From: Octopus vulgaris
Lineage: Eukaryota
Assembly: GCA_951406725.2 (NCBI GenBank)
Contig: OX597814.1
Span: 220,410,001 to 220,474,000, forward strand
Direction of reading: 5' to 3'
Length of the DNA stretch: 64,000 nucleotides
Shown: one piece after another, positions 38,728 to 51,844 of the stretch
Layout of the letters: each line of letters opens with the position of its first letter
Position numbering within the stretch: position 1 is the first letter of the stretch
Program-made: the position numbers and the translations under genes
Notes under the pieces: generated by a model
Told to the model about the DNA's origin: nothing
Seen by the model: the letters and a program-made list of their open reading frames with translations, nothing else
Databases searched by the model: none

Positions 38728-38781
<54 letters not shown>

Positions 38782-38834
38782 ATACACATACACATACATA
38801 TTTATACTTGTTGATTGAGAGAGGGTGATACAAG

Positions 38835-39278
38835 ACCGAGATGGATGGAGGAAGAGAGTGGACCAGTGGTTGTTCGAAGTTTGAAAGAGAGAAAATGAAG
38901 CACGAAAAGATTAAGAGAAGGCTTAGAAGGAATGAACCTGTGGAAAATGAATGAGTATTGCTTTTTGCGTGTGTGGTTTGTGGGAGGAGGTGCTTGAGTC
39001 ATGTGAGCCAGGTCAGCCATCAGAGAACCCACAGGAATCGACCCATGGTAAATTGCGATTTGGCTATTGTTCACAACAGAACATGTACAACGTGTGGAAA
39101 GGTGTGCCTCTTAGTAGGAGGGTTGAAAAGGCATGTCAAAGAAGTTCATACTGTGGCACCTGCTCCTTCTGCCAGCCAGCACAGGTGTGCATTATGCAAT
39201 AGAATGTGCAAATCTTTTGCCAGGCTCAAGAGTCATACAAGGGCCTCTCATTGCATCAGCAATGAGTCATTTCAGTGA
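38835..39278 (+). mobile_element. RTE-type ORF C-terminal fragment with three C2H2 zinc fingers
   Basis: WRKRVDQ...FEREKMKHEKIKRRLR, then CVVC..SHQRTH, CTTC..RHVKEVH, CALC..SHTRASH. Confidence 0.6.
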
Positions 39279-39321
39279 CTCTTTCTAGCAATGATTTTAC
39301 TTGTATACAAGAAAGCAGCTA

Positions 39322-39577
39322 AGATGCCAGCCTCGCCTGGCCTCCATGCTGGTGGCACGTAAAAAACACCATCCGAGCATGGCCGTTCGCCAGCCTCATC
39401 TGACACCTGTGTTGGTGGCACATAAAAAGCACCCACTACACTCACAAAGTGGTTGGCATTAGGAAGGGCATCCAGCTGACTGGCCTGGTGCAGCCTTCGG
39501 GCTTGCCAGACCCCAGTTGAACCGTCCAACCCATGCTAGCATGGAAAGCGGACGTTAAACGATGATGATGATGATGA
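39322..39577 (+). mobile_element. Family A retroposon with 2 tandem units
   Basis: ggtggcacgtaaaaaacacc...ggtggcacataaaaagcaccc...(GAT)n. Confidence 0.85.
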
Positions 39578-40698
39578 TATATATATATATATGTGTATAT
39601 ATATATGCATATGTATACATACATGCATATATATATATGCATGCGTTTATGTATACATACATGCATACATATATATACATACTTACATGTTCAAGTATAT
39701 ACACATGTAAGTAGAGGAAAGATATAAAAGAAAATGGAAAGAAATCTGAAGTCGTTCACTTAAAAATGAAAGACGTCAGCAGGAGAGCTTGATGGGACAC
39801 CAACCCATAAATAGACATATGTGTGTCTTCCTAGAAGACAAGTTCTAAAGTACATCATCAGCAGAGAAATAGATTCAAAAACCAAGTTCATGAAAACCAA
39901 AATAAAACAGAAACAAATACGCAATAAACATCATCAAAGAAAAATAATTGTTTTGTGGGTGGGTGAAGTTAAGCAACTTGTCATATCTGATAGAAAGAAT
40001 AACAATGATGCGTAATATTATGGAAGTGTGTGTGTGTGAGAGAGAGAGAGAGAGGGCACAGTTCAGGGAAGGGTTGAGGTAAAGAAACTTTAAGTGAACG
40101 TTACAAATGGACAATTAGACTGCAAGACAAGGAATACTGTTTGTATATTAATAGTATGCATTATACTAGAGACTCTAACCATAGGCAAAACAAAGAATAA
40201 AAACAAAATGTTACTAAAAAACAAATGAACAAAGAAAAATGCATGTATGTATGTGTGTGAGTGAGTGTGTCTGCGTGTGTGTCTGTATATATACATATAT
40301 ATATATATACGTGTTTATATACACAGGCATACATCTACATACATACATTCACACACATACATTCATACATACATATGCATATATACACATGGATTCACAC
40401 ATACATACACACGTTCACACACACACATACATACAATACATAGAGACAAGCATATATTATGTGCCTAAATATACATACACACATACACACACACTCACAC
40501 ATATGTATATGTATGTGGGTGTGTATATGTGCGATGTGAGTACCTTTGACTTGGCATCATGTAATGGCAGTAAACAAACAAGTGATGTTGTTCGTTGTGA
40601 GTCTTCTGTGAAGGAAACGTCTGGAGGTTTGGCTTGGAAACAAGTGAATGTTAGCAGCAGGAAGGGCATCCACAGAAAATCTGCCACATTAAATGAGG

Positions 40699-40699
<1 letters not shown>

Positions 40700-40729
<30 letters not shown>

Positions 40730-40765
40730 ATATATATATATATATATATATATATGCTTATATGA

Positions 40766-40800
<35 letters not shown>

Positions 40801-40984
40801 TGATATATATGCATATATAATATACATATATATATATATGCATATATGAATATATATATATATATATATATATATGAATATATATATATATATATATATG
40901 TATATATGAATATACATATATGTCTCTCATAACATAAATTTATGTATTCATATACATATTTACTGATGCATGTATGTATGTATG

Positions 40985-41015
<31 letters not shown>
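40700..41015. repeat. (TA)n-rich microsatellite
   Basis: Direct reading. Confidence 0.9.
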
Positions 41016-41771
41016 GAAGTGAGAGAGAGAAAAGATTAACAAAAGTAATATTTAAATATCTATTTTGATTACAGTGCAAGCAGAACGATTGAAAGGAGGA
41101 AACCTTTCTTGGTGGAGAGAGACAGCTGCATAATATTTATTGTGGTTTTCATAAATCAATAAATATAAGATGAATTTATTTATCTATTTATTCTGTCATG
41201 TGAAGAACAATAAACATATACACACAGGATATAGAATATGTGATAAAACTGCTAGAGAAAAAAAAAAAAAAAAAAATTTAGTAGTTGTAGTAATGGTGGT
41301 GGTGGTGGTGGTGATGATGGTTAGTAAGTAAGAGGGTAAGAAAGAATCAATTTTAGTTATCTAATTCTTTTTTTATTTTTGCATTTTACATCCTCCTAAC
41401 TGATATGCTACTGCTGTTGTTGAGAGATTGCACAAGTGTACAAAGAATGCATCAAAAGCTTGTATGGTGTGAGTTCCCTCGACCAGATAAGCCAACGGTA
41501 ATCTATAGTTGCATTTAGACAAATGGAAGATGAACAGAGAGGTCTACAGAGACCTGGACATTCTTCAAATGATGACAGAAATACTGGCGGTTGCAAAACT
41601 ACTGTAAAACGCCCTGAGTAGATTCACTATGTTAACTGCAATCCCTTAGCCTAGATTATGGAGGAGTTGTTTGATTTTGTGTTTTATCTCATTCATTACA
41701 TAACCTCACATCTTTGCCATACATGACTCTCACTACCAAAACTAATGACACCATCACATATGGCAAGATAA

Positions 41772-41985
41772 ACTCTTTACTCTTTTACTTGTTTCAGTCA
41801 TTTGACTGCGGCCATGCTGGAGCACCGCCTTCTTTTAGTCGAGCAATTCGACCCTGGGACTTATTCTTTGTAAGCCCAGTACTTATTCTATCGGCCTCTT
41901 TTGCTGAACCGCTAAGTGAGGGGGACGTAAACACACCGGCATCGGTTGTCAAGCAATGCTAGGGGGACAAACACAGACACACAAA

Positions 41986-42030
<45 letters not shown>

Positions 42031-42195
42031 TACGACAGGCTTCTTTCAGTTTCCGTCTACAAAATCCACTCACAAGGCATTGGTCGGCCCGGGGCTATAG
42101 CAGAAGATACTTGCCCAAGATGCCATGCAGTGGGACTGAACCCGGAACCATGTGGCTGGTTAGCAAGCTACTTACCACACAGCCACTTCTGCACT
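41772..42195 (-). mobile_element. Family B SINE, full length
   Basis: Reverse complement of 22688-23119. Confidence 0.9.
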
Positions 42196-42615
42196 TAAGC
42201 AGGGAGCCTCTATGTGGTTATCCAAAAAGCTAGAAATAAGAGAGTTGAATCTTTCTGAATTCACACCTGACTGTTTTCAAAATTACAATTTGGATAATGT
42301 TGTTTAGAATACACAAATTTCAAAAGAAAATGTGAAAAAATGCCATAAGATCACAGTTTGAAAGCCTTTGATCATGTTCTACTCCACCACAGCCAACTTC
42401 AGGTTAAACAACAACAACAGCAGCAGCAAATAAAAGAAATCTGATGACTAAGAAATAAATTACTACGCATTAATTGCATTTAATTGTGTACACTGGCTAT
42501 CAAAGCTGATCATACAAGTTCTTAACATTTACAAATCTAAAGCTGCAATGCTGTACATGTACACATATATTTTATATATATGTGAGTGTGTATACATGCA
42601 TATATATGATGATGA

Positions 42616-42651
<36 letters not shown>

Positions 42652-42656
<5 letters not shown>

Positions 42657-42793
42657 AAGGGCATCCAGCTGTAGAAACACTGCCAGATCTGACTGGCCTG
42701 GTGCAGCCTTCAGGCTTGCCAGACCCCAGTTGAACCGTCCAACCCATGCTAGCATGGAAAGCGGACGTTAAACGATGATGATGATGATGATGA
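42652..42793 (+). mobile_element. Family A 3' fragment
   Basis: aggaagggcatccagctgtagaaac...(GAT)n. Confidence 0.85.
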
Positions 42794-42844
42794 TATATAT
42801 TTATTTATATATTTATATATATATATATATAATATATATATATA

Positions 42845-42885
<41 letters not shown>

Positions 42886-43792
42886 TTATTTATATATATA
42901 TATATTGACAGAACATAAAAGATTGGTTATAAGATATTTAGTTACACCATATTATACATGTTTCATTAACAAGAATGAAAAAAATTACTAGAGATATGAA
43001 TAAATCAAAATGAATAGTCCGACTTTCAGACATGTATCGTATACATGCTTTTACATCAACATAAAGATTTTGGTCTATCTTATTGGTTTCAGTACTGGTT
43101 ATTTTCCAAGGCTACCATTTAATATAATAATCTATTTTCATTGCACCACACACAAGGTTACGGGACAAAAAACAAACACCATTTAATCAGCTGGTGCATA
43201 GATAACCAAAGTTAGTGCATAGATAAACAAAGAAAGAGGTCCACCCACCCCCTCATACATGTTTTTATATATATATATATCTAATATATATATATATATA
43301 TTCATAAGTACTACACTTCCATAAAATTTCCATATATCAATTTTAGCTTACAAGGTACTGATTGGCCTGAAACTGTAAAAGAGTTGTTCAAGATGTCACA
43401 CAAGGGACCAACTCAGACAGCATGGTTACAATGCAAGCTCCCAACTCACAACCATAAGGCACCTATATGGTTAAAAATATCTATGCGTGCGTGTGTGTGT
43501 GTGTGTAATTTAAATACATACTGAGATATACTTACACGGACATATAGAGAAAGAGAGAGAGAGAGAGAGAGGGGGGAGGAAAGAGAGAAGGAGGATTTAA
43601 TAACAACACTAGCGTTAGTGTTATGGCAAACTGTACTTAGTACATTCTGCAAAGAAGTTGCTGCTAACCAGGTTGTCTATAACCATGAGAAAAAAATCCC
43701 AAAATGAGAACTGACGCAGACTGCGACAGCCCATCCAACCATGTCAGCATGGAAACGATGATAACACACACACACACTAGAAAAATAAATAA

Positions 43793-43839
<47 letters not shown>

Positions 43840-43840
<1 letters not shown>

Positions 43841-43950
43841 GTTTCTTTATTGGCCACACAGGGCTGCAAACAGATGGGACAAGTTACAAGGTAGAGCTTT
43901 TCTTTTGGGGGAGAAAAAAAAAAAGGCGGCATAGGTTTTCTAGTAGGTTT
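43840..43950 (-). mobile_element. Tx1-like 3' tail fragment inside (GATA)n
   Basis: Minus strand ccttgtaacttgtccc...cagccctgtgtggccaataaagaaac resembles 7637-7712; (GATA)n on both sides. Confidence 0.7.
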
Positions 43951-43981
<31 letters not shown>

Positions 43982-43990
43982 GTAGGTAGG

Positions 43991-44038
<48 letters not shown>

Positions 44039-45939
44039 AAAACAGACAGATAGATAGAGGCAGGGAGCATACACGAGAGATTTTGCTGATATTTCTTGCA
44101 GGTCAGCAACTCTGCAGAGGCCATTTATGTTGCATGTGTTTTGGTTACCACACAAGTAGCCAAATTTCATGCTTAGAATTTGGTGGCTCCTGTACCCTCT
44201 TTAAATGAAATATACCTCCAACTCCAGCAAGCACATGCATATAAAATGGTTGTCCTGTGCAGCCCAGTATAGTGCTATGCTACTGACAGAAGCTTCCCAG
44301 CTTGCTCAAAGCAAATACTTTTTAACCCCATACCAACCATGATCAAGTAAACTTATGATGCAAATCATTGGATCCATGAACCACTCACAATTTTGTGTTT
44401 GCTACCTTATTTAAAATGGTAGGGTGAGATCCAAAGGAGAGTTGGTTGTTATATCTAGTACATCAAGCGACCACATAGAGACTCCCTCATCGGGTTGGTA
44501 TGAAACTCAGTGAAACTAGGGTGTTTTGCTAAGAAGTGGTAAAGGGCTAAAATAAGAGGGTAAGCCTCACAAAGGATCGTAACAGGAAGAAAGAGACACT
44601 GTCCTGGAAAAGGCACTTTATGCAAAAAATGTGTGGAAAAGCTGATGGATGATGATGATGATGATGATGATGAAGAAGAGGAGAAGGAGGGGATGGTTTG
44701 AGAAAAGACATTTAATATCAGAAAATGGACGGAAAGATTGAATGTTATGAAACACAGAATGCAATCCACTGTGATTTTTAAATTAGACAAACAGCATAGT
44801 TGTGGTGTAATAGGTACTTGAGATTTTAAAGAATCCATACATATTTATACTTTATAATAATTTTATTATCAATAAATGGGGATATTTCAATAGGAAATAA
44901 CTAACAGAGTGCAGACACCATTGGCAGAAAACTTACCACAGCACATATTATATAAATTCATTTTTGAATTTAAGAATCGAAGCCTTAGAAGAATAAAAGA
45001 TAGTAAATGGACAGAACTAACAAGTATTGAGGACTATTTGCCAAAATGTTATCATAATCGGTTCAGTTTTAAATGCAACGTTACTATATGAAATACTACC
45101 ACAGTGTAAAACACGTAAAAAGAATTATTATTTAGTTCATCAAATACAAAAGGATAACAAAATTAAAATTAATTGCAGTAGGATTTGAACACAAAAATAT
45201 GTGAAACTGGAGAGTGCCAGCAATAATTAAGTAAAAAAATCTAATGAAGTTTGTCACAGTCTTTGCTAATACCACAGAGCAATCACAATGGTTTTTACCT
45301 TACACTAAGCAAATAAATTTAATGACAATTTTTCTTTCTTTCATTCTTCCATTTTTTCCCCCTTTTTGTTGAAGCTTACAAAGAAACCAGATGAATACCA
45401 GCTCTTCAAAATGTAAAACACAATAACAGACTGCTGTAATATCTAATACTAAACTATTCTATAATAAATCAGTGGTTTAGAATACAAGAGAAGTTGATGA
45501 ATGTGTTTGGGAAATCTGCAAGCAAGCAATTGCAAAGTGCAACATTGGAACCAATTGCAGTATATCATATAATATCAAAATGTTTTGTGACAGACATTCA
45601 TCTGAAAACCTAATTCAATAAGATTTTTCATTGAAACTCATCTATTTCTTCAATTCACAAACCCTGTAGATATAACAATGGAATAAGTAAAGAGGGAGTA
45701 ATAAGAAATAAGAAAAAAATATATCAATTAATGATGAAAACAGCAACAAAAATAAATGAAAAAATGGTTCTATGGAAAACAGTGAATATAGAAGATTTAA
45801 CACATAAATATATATATAAGAATATATGGAAGTATGAATTTATGTATGTGTGAATCATTTTAGAATTTCATTGTGCTCACTAATGTAAAATGGAACACAA
45901 TTCCTACTGATAAAATACAAAGAAATGCTGAATATGCAC

Positions 45940-46305
45940 ATATCATCATCTTCACTATCATCATCTTAGTTTTGCCATAATTGCATGCAATGGAAAAGAC
46001 TTCAACAGAGTCTCACCACTTCTAATATGGTTCTTTGTCACCTTCATAAGGATCAGGCCCTTAAATTAGCTTTCGCCACTTTTTCCTCTCTTTGGTTTTC
46101 CTCTTCTGAGGGTTCCTTCCATTAGGCTGGCTTGGCCCCAAGTGTCATCCTCTATATGCATCACAATTCAATAACAGGTCAAGTTTCTCTTTTGTACGTT
46201 ACAACTGATTCCTCTTGTACCTAAATTTTCTCTCAACTTATTTGTTCTTTAATGTTCAGGAACATGAACACTGCACATCCAGTTGATCATGCAAACGTCC
46301 TTTTT
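45940..46305 (-). mobile_element. Decayed RTE 3' end with (GAT)n-like tail
   Basis: Remnants MINWMCSV, LRENLGTRGI, EGTLRRGKPK, then gatgatgat. Confidence 0.5.
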
Positions 46306-47179
46306 TTCCCAGACCCTGGACATGTGTGTGTGTTGTGCCTGTGTAGTTTAGATGTTTGCTTTACAACCACAAGATTTTGAGTTCAGTCCTACTGCACAAT
46401 CACATGCTCTTAAAACCAGGGTACACACAGACACACATAAATATATTTATCTTTCTCTTTCTTACACTGTACGGGCACATAGTGTGAATCACATCTTTCA
46501 TTCTCTGTTAAAAATCTACTAACAAGGCCTGGGACTATGAAAGAAAATATGAGACTCTCTCTCTAAACACACACATACACACCTATATATGTACATACTT
46601 AAATACATGTGTGTATCTGTATATATATATAGACACATACGCACACCTACATATGCATTATTTATATAAATATGTGCATTTATATATATGTATATATTAT
46701 ATATTATATATATATATTTATATATATATATATAGAGAATGAAAGTGTGTGTGTGTGTGTGTGTGAAAGAGAGGGAGGGAGGAGGGACTACACTAGTGCA
46801 ATGCAATTGAATGCATTTTAAGAAGCTGATTCTGTAATAGAATTATACTGTCTTAACAAGGATGAAAAAAATGTATGACACAATTAAAGGGTTAAATATG
46901 TGTAGAAAAATACATCAATGCATTTCAATTGGAATTATTACTGCAGGTGATTCTTTTTTAATTTTAATTACTTTTTTTTTGTTTTGTTTTTAAATATTTA
47001 TTTTTTTACTTCTTCTAAGTTCAGTCATGAAATTATCATAGTAAGAAAAAGAGTCGAAATACCAATACAATAAAGATACACTGAAGGAAAAAAGAAAAAA
47101 AAAAAGGGAAAAGAAGAAGCTGTCTTCTCAAAGAGACATAAAGCAGGTAGTTTATTATGATTGGAGACAGTGAGAGATA

Positions 47180-47565
47180 AAATGTGTGTGTGTGTGCACA
47201 TATACATACATACATATATATATATAATATACATAATATACACACACAGACATGCACATACTCACATGTATAAATACATATATACATGCACCCACACACA
47301 TATATATACATACATGCACACACACACACACATACACACACAGACACATACATACATACATACATATATATATATATATATGTATGTATATATATATGTA
47401 TATATATGTATATATATATGTATATATATGTATATATATATGTATATATATATATATATATATATGTATATGTATATATGTATACATATATATATATATG
47501 CACTCACATTTATAAGTATGATATGCAGCAATATATTCCTATGGTATATATATATATATATATTA
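47180..47565. repeat. Compound (CA)/(TA)/(TATG) microsatellite
   Basis: Direct reading. Confidence 0.9.
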
Positions 47566-48024
47566 GATACAGCTATACGATGTGACTCAGATAGAGATAA
47601 AAAAGACAGGCCTAGAAAGTGATATAGATCAGAGATAGACATACATACATAGGATAAATGGCTATAGATAGTTAGAGATGGATAGCTAGAGTTTCATGCA
47701 GATGGATCAATAGAGAGAAAGAGAAAGAGAAAGAGAGAGAGTGAGTAAGAGAGAGATTGTGTGAGAGAGAGACAGAAAAGAGAGGAAGAGATTGAAGAAA
47801 GATATTGTAAAGGCAAAAAAGAAAGTGAAAGTAGAATTAGGAAAAGAAAAGAAAATAGTGAGAAGAATTTGAAGAAAATACAGAGTAAAAAAAATAGCAA
47901 TATGTATTTTTTGAAATAGAGTCTATTGAAAGAAGATGCAATAGATATCGTAGAGATAGATATAACAAAATGCCAGGTCTTGAGCATTAATATAAGAAGG
48001 AAATAAAGAATATAAAAAAGTGAA

Positions 48025-48060
<36 letters not shown>

Positions 48061-49719
48061 GAAAAGCATAAGGAATAATAAATATGACCAAGTTCCTTGT
48101 CAAAAACAAACTAACTGAAAGAATTCAGTTAAATAATGTGAGGTGGGGGTGAGGGGGTGGAAGTGAGGTTTGACTGGGGCGGGGGTGTGTTTGAAGAAAA
48201 ACAATGACGACGTTGATAATGAAGATGATAATGGTAATGATGGTGATGATGATGATGATGACGACCAGCTTCATGATGAAGAAGTCGATGCCAAAGTAAC
48301 AAAGAATAACTATGAGTAACAACAACAATAACAACAACAACAACAGCAACAACAACAACACTTGCAACAGCAATTACAACTACAATGTTAGAACGATAGT
48401 GCTCAATCACGTTGAAAAGTGAAAGTAATCAGAAGGTAAATGAATGGTTGTGTGGGGGGCAGGGGGGGTGCAGGACTGGGAAAAGTAGAGGTATAAGTAG
48501 ATGGAAGTAGGTATTGAAAGAACCGGGGGGGGGGAGGTGGGGGGGGGGGTGATGAGTGATAGTGAAAGTAAGTAAAATACATAAGGGGGGAGGGCAGAAA
48601 AAATAAACAGCAAAAGAGGAAAAAAAAATCAAATCAAATGAAATATAAACACCTCTAACCCCTTGCCACCTCGAGAAAAACAAAAACAGGAAAAACAACA
48701 ACAACCAATAAAGGAAGAGAAAAAGAAACAACAACAAGCCAATAAGGGAATAAATACATATTTGAAAAAAAGAAATTGGATAGAAAATGAATGTGTGGTT
48801 GCAATTATGTCAGTGAAATGCAAACATTCATTTCTAAGATTTTTTTTTTTCTGTTTTGGTTGTCAATTTAGCTTTCTTCTATTGTGCTTTGGTACAATCG
48901 CTGTTGTTGGTATCATTATCATATTTCTTTTGTAGTAGTAGTAGTAGTAGTAGCAGCACTACTACTACTACTACTACAACTACTACTACTACTACTGCTA
49001 CTGCTGCTGCTGCTGCTACTACTACTACTACTACATTTTGAATTATCTGGCATTTCTTCCTCCATGTATATATATATACCATATTTCTGTGGGGAATAGG
49101 TTTATTGGGGTTTTTTTTGTTGTTTTATTTTGTTTTGTGATAGATTTCTTTTCTTTTTCAAGAAAAGGAAGAGAAAGAAGACAGTAAAAATTTATAATCG
49201 CAATAATTTTAAGATGGCTTTTTTTTTTTCTTTTCCCATATTGGAATGGGTTTACTATGTACATTTATCTATATGTGCATGTGTGCATGTATATGTGTGT
49301 GTATATATATATATATGCATATATCTATGTTTATATGTGCATGTGTGAATATTGATGTATATATATGTATATATATGTATATATAAACTCTTATGACAGC
49401 TGCAACTCAATTTCAAGCAATGCTATCGCTTGGTTTTTCGTTAAGCATGAGCAGTACGGATATGGCTTTTCAGCCCAGCTCGAGAGCAACACTCCTTTGC
49501 ACAGATGTGCAAACGAAAGATGCCAGACAACTGCACCAGGCTCTGCTGTCTACTTTGGCATGATTTCTACAGCTGGATACCCTTCCTAACACCAAACAAA
49601 GGTTTGTGTGTGTGTGTGTGTGTGTGTGAATTGAGCAGGCCTTCAGTAAAAGGCATTTTAATTGACTTTCCATTTTGTGTGCAAAAGACATTTTAGCCAT
49701 CTCAATATGGCTAACCCAA

Positions 49720-50016
49720 AAAAAGGGGGGGGGGTTACTGTAGCTTTTTACGTTCTGAGATTTAATAATAAATTTTTAGAGAGTTACTTCCCTTATATAT
49801 GCCAAAAATGCATTAAAAATGGGAAAAATTGATGCTAAATCTTTTTTTAAATCGTAGACTCATCGTAGACGCGCGCTAATACCCAGAAAGGCTCGATATG
49901 AATCCCGACTATAAAATACCCGGTTTTGGTTAAACTGCACCGCAAAATGTGGGAGCAGTTAGGAATCTAAATCTTAGGTGACAGACAGCACACAACCTCA
50001 CTTTTATATATAAAGA
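49720..50016 (-). mobile_element. 5' part of a non-autonomous Helitron-like element
   Basis: Minus strand starts A|TCtttatatataaaagtgagg...gtctgtc, like the element at 55053-55611; no CTAG end found. Confidence 0.5.
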
Positions 50017-50089
50017 TTTGCAGTATAATTCCTTGGAATGAGACACAAAGAGCAAAGGAAAACTGTGTGGAGGATGGAAGAGGCAGGAG

Positions 50090-50472
50090 AAAGAGCTTTT
50101 TGCTGCTTATAGAACAAAAGATGGGAGTTAAGCAGGAAACTTAGTTTCTGCTGCCACCCTCACCTGTTTCCAAGCAATATAATAATCACTGATGGCCAAA
50201 TGTGTTTACACAGAATACTGAACATGAACAACACTGCTTGTATGACAGAGACACTCGTTTACAACTCTTACACAATGTCAAGACAAAGAAACACAAACAT
50301 ACACACACGCACACACATATAAACAACAAGCTTCTTTCAGCTTCTGCCCACCAAATCTACTCAGAAGGCTTTGACCAGCCCAGGGCATTGTTCAAGTTGC
50401 TATGAAGTGGGACTGAACCTGAAGCCATGTGTTTGGGAAGCAAACTTCTTAACTACACAGTCATGTCTGTAC
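50090..50472 (-). mobile_element. Old tRNA/CORE-type SINE with RTE-like tail
   Basis: gtgggactgaacc (reverse B box); same layout as 862-1655. Confidence 0.6.
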
Positions 50473-50576
50473 CTATAATACAGATTAAAATATGTAAGTA
50501 AAGCATTTTTATACTTATGGAAATGTACTTGCATAGCAAGTGACCTAATCTGAGATCGTGTGGCTGGAACGAAAAT

Positions 50577-50829
50577 AATTGCAGTGTGGAAGGTGTTTAT
50601 AAGCCATTTAAAAAAACACACAAAATCCGTTAGATTCACTTCAACATTTAAATTTAATTTGTCAAAATATTTTCGTCGCTTTGAGACCAGCACGGGATTT
50701 TGTCAGTGAACAGGTCACAGTCTCAAAGCGATGAAAATATTTTGACAAATTAAATTTAAATGTTGAAGTGAATCTAACGGATTTTGTGTGTTTCTTAAAT
50801 GGCTTATAAACACCTTCCACGCTGCAATT
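50577..50829. repeat. ~110-bp near-perfect inverted repeat, probable Penelope-like inverted terminal structure
   Basis: Arms 50577-50687 and 50720-50829 with few differences; 32-bp spacer. Confidence 0.9.
50699..50749 (+). ncRNA. Minimal hammerhead-like motif with G3:C8 core swap
   Basis: UUUGUCA-GUGAACA-G-GUCAC(9 nt)GCGAU-GAA-AAUAUU-U-UGACAAA. Confidence 0.5.
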
Positions 50830-51198
50830 GTTTGCATTATTATACTAGTATAAATATAACAGAAGCAATGAGGGACTAATAGCTATCTTTAATTTTTCAT
50901 TTTTTCCTAACCATTTAGGTTAATCCTCATCAAGCAGTCCTTTGATGAAGACATTTTACCTGTAATACAAATTCTTTTGTCTTTTCATGAATGGGAGAGC
51001 ACACTATTCAACGTGTCATTTCATTTTTAAGATGGTAAGAGTGAGCTTCTTGAGGGAGAGTTAACTGTTGTTTATACTTTAAGCAGACCTATGATGAAAG
51101 CCTTCCAGCCATGATCATCTATCATTATTTTATATCAGGAACTCTATTTGATGATTACATCTTCCATTTTTAAGATCGTAGGATGAGATATGAAGTTT

Positions 51199-51236
<38 letters not shown>

Positions 51237-51321
51237 TGTGAGTGTGTGTGTGTCTGTGTGTGTGTGTGTATATGTGTGTACACACATAATAATGATGGTA
51301 TCTATATATTTGTGTGTGTGT

Positions 51322-51730
51322 ATCATCATCATCATCATCATCATTGTTTAGCGTCCGTTTTCCATGCTAGCACGGGTTGGACGGTTCAACCGGAGTCTGG
51401 GAAGCCAGGGGCTGCACCGGGCTCCAATCTGATCTGGCAGAGTTTCTACAGCTGGATGCCCTTCCTAACGCCAACCACTCCGCGAGTGTAGTGGGTGCTT
51501 TTTACATGCCACCTGCACAGGTGCCAGGGGGTGGTCTGGCACCGGCACGGAAGCTAGCCAAGGCGGTGCTGGCAACGGCCACGTTCGGATGGTGCTTTTT
51601 TATGTGCCACCGGCACTGGAGCCAGTCGAGGCAGCGCTGGCATCGGCCACGTTCGGACGGTGCTTTTTATGTGCCACCGGCACAGAAGCCAGTCGGGGCG
51701 GCGCTGGCATCGGCCACGTTCGGATGGTGC

Positions 51731-51736
<6 letters not shown>
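51322..51736 (-). mobile_element. Family A retroposon with 3+ ~67-bp tandem units
   Basis: (CAT)n, conserved body, repeated cggatggtgctttttatgtgccaccggcac. Confidence 0.85.
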
Positions 51737-51784
<48 letters not shown>

Positions 51785-51844
51785 CATACATATACAGTAG
51801 ACACAGATACACACACACACACTTACAGGCATAATATATTATAG

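Noticed and set aside
41410-41610. Possible mariner HTH remnant
   Set aside because: Only vague similarity and no TIR found
51488-51736. Pistol or HDV-like ribozyme in the tandem unit
   Set aside because: CGUGC..GCACG-UAAA resembles the pistol P1/pseudoknot, but P2, P3 and the cleavage strand are absent; the HDV nested topology could not be built; copy 5' ends do not share one breakpoint
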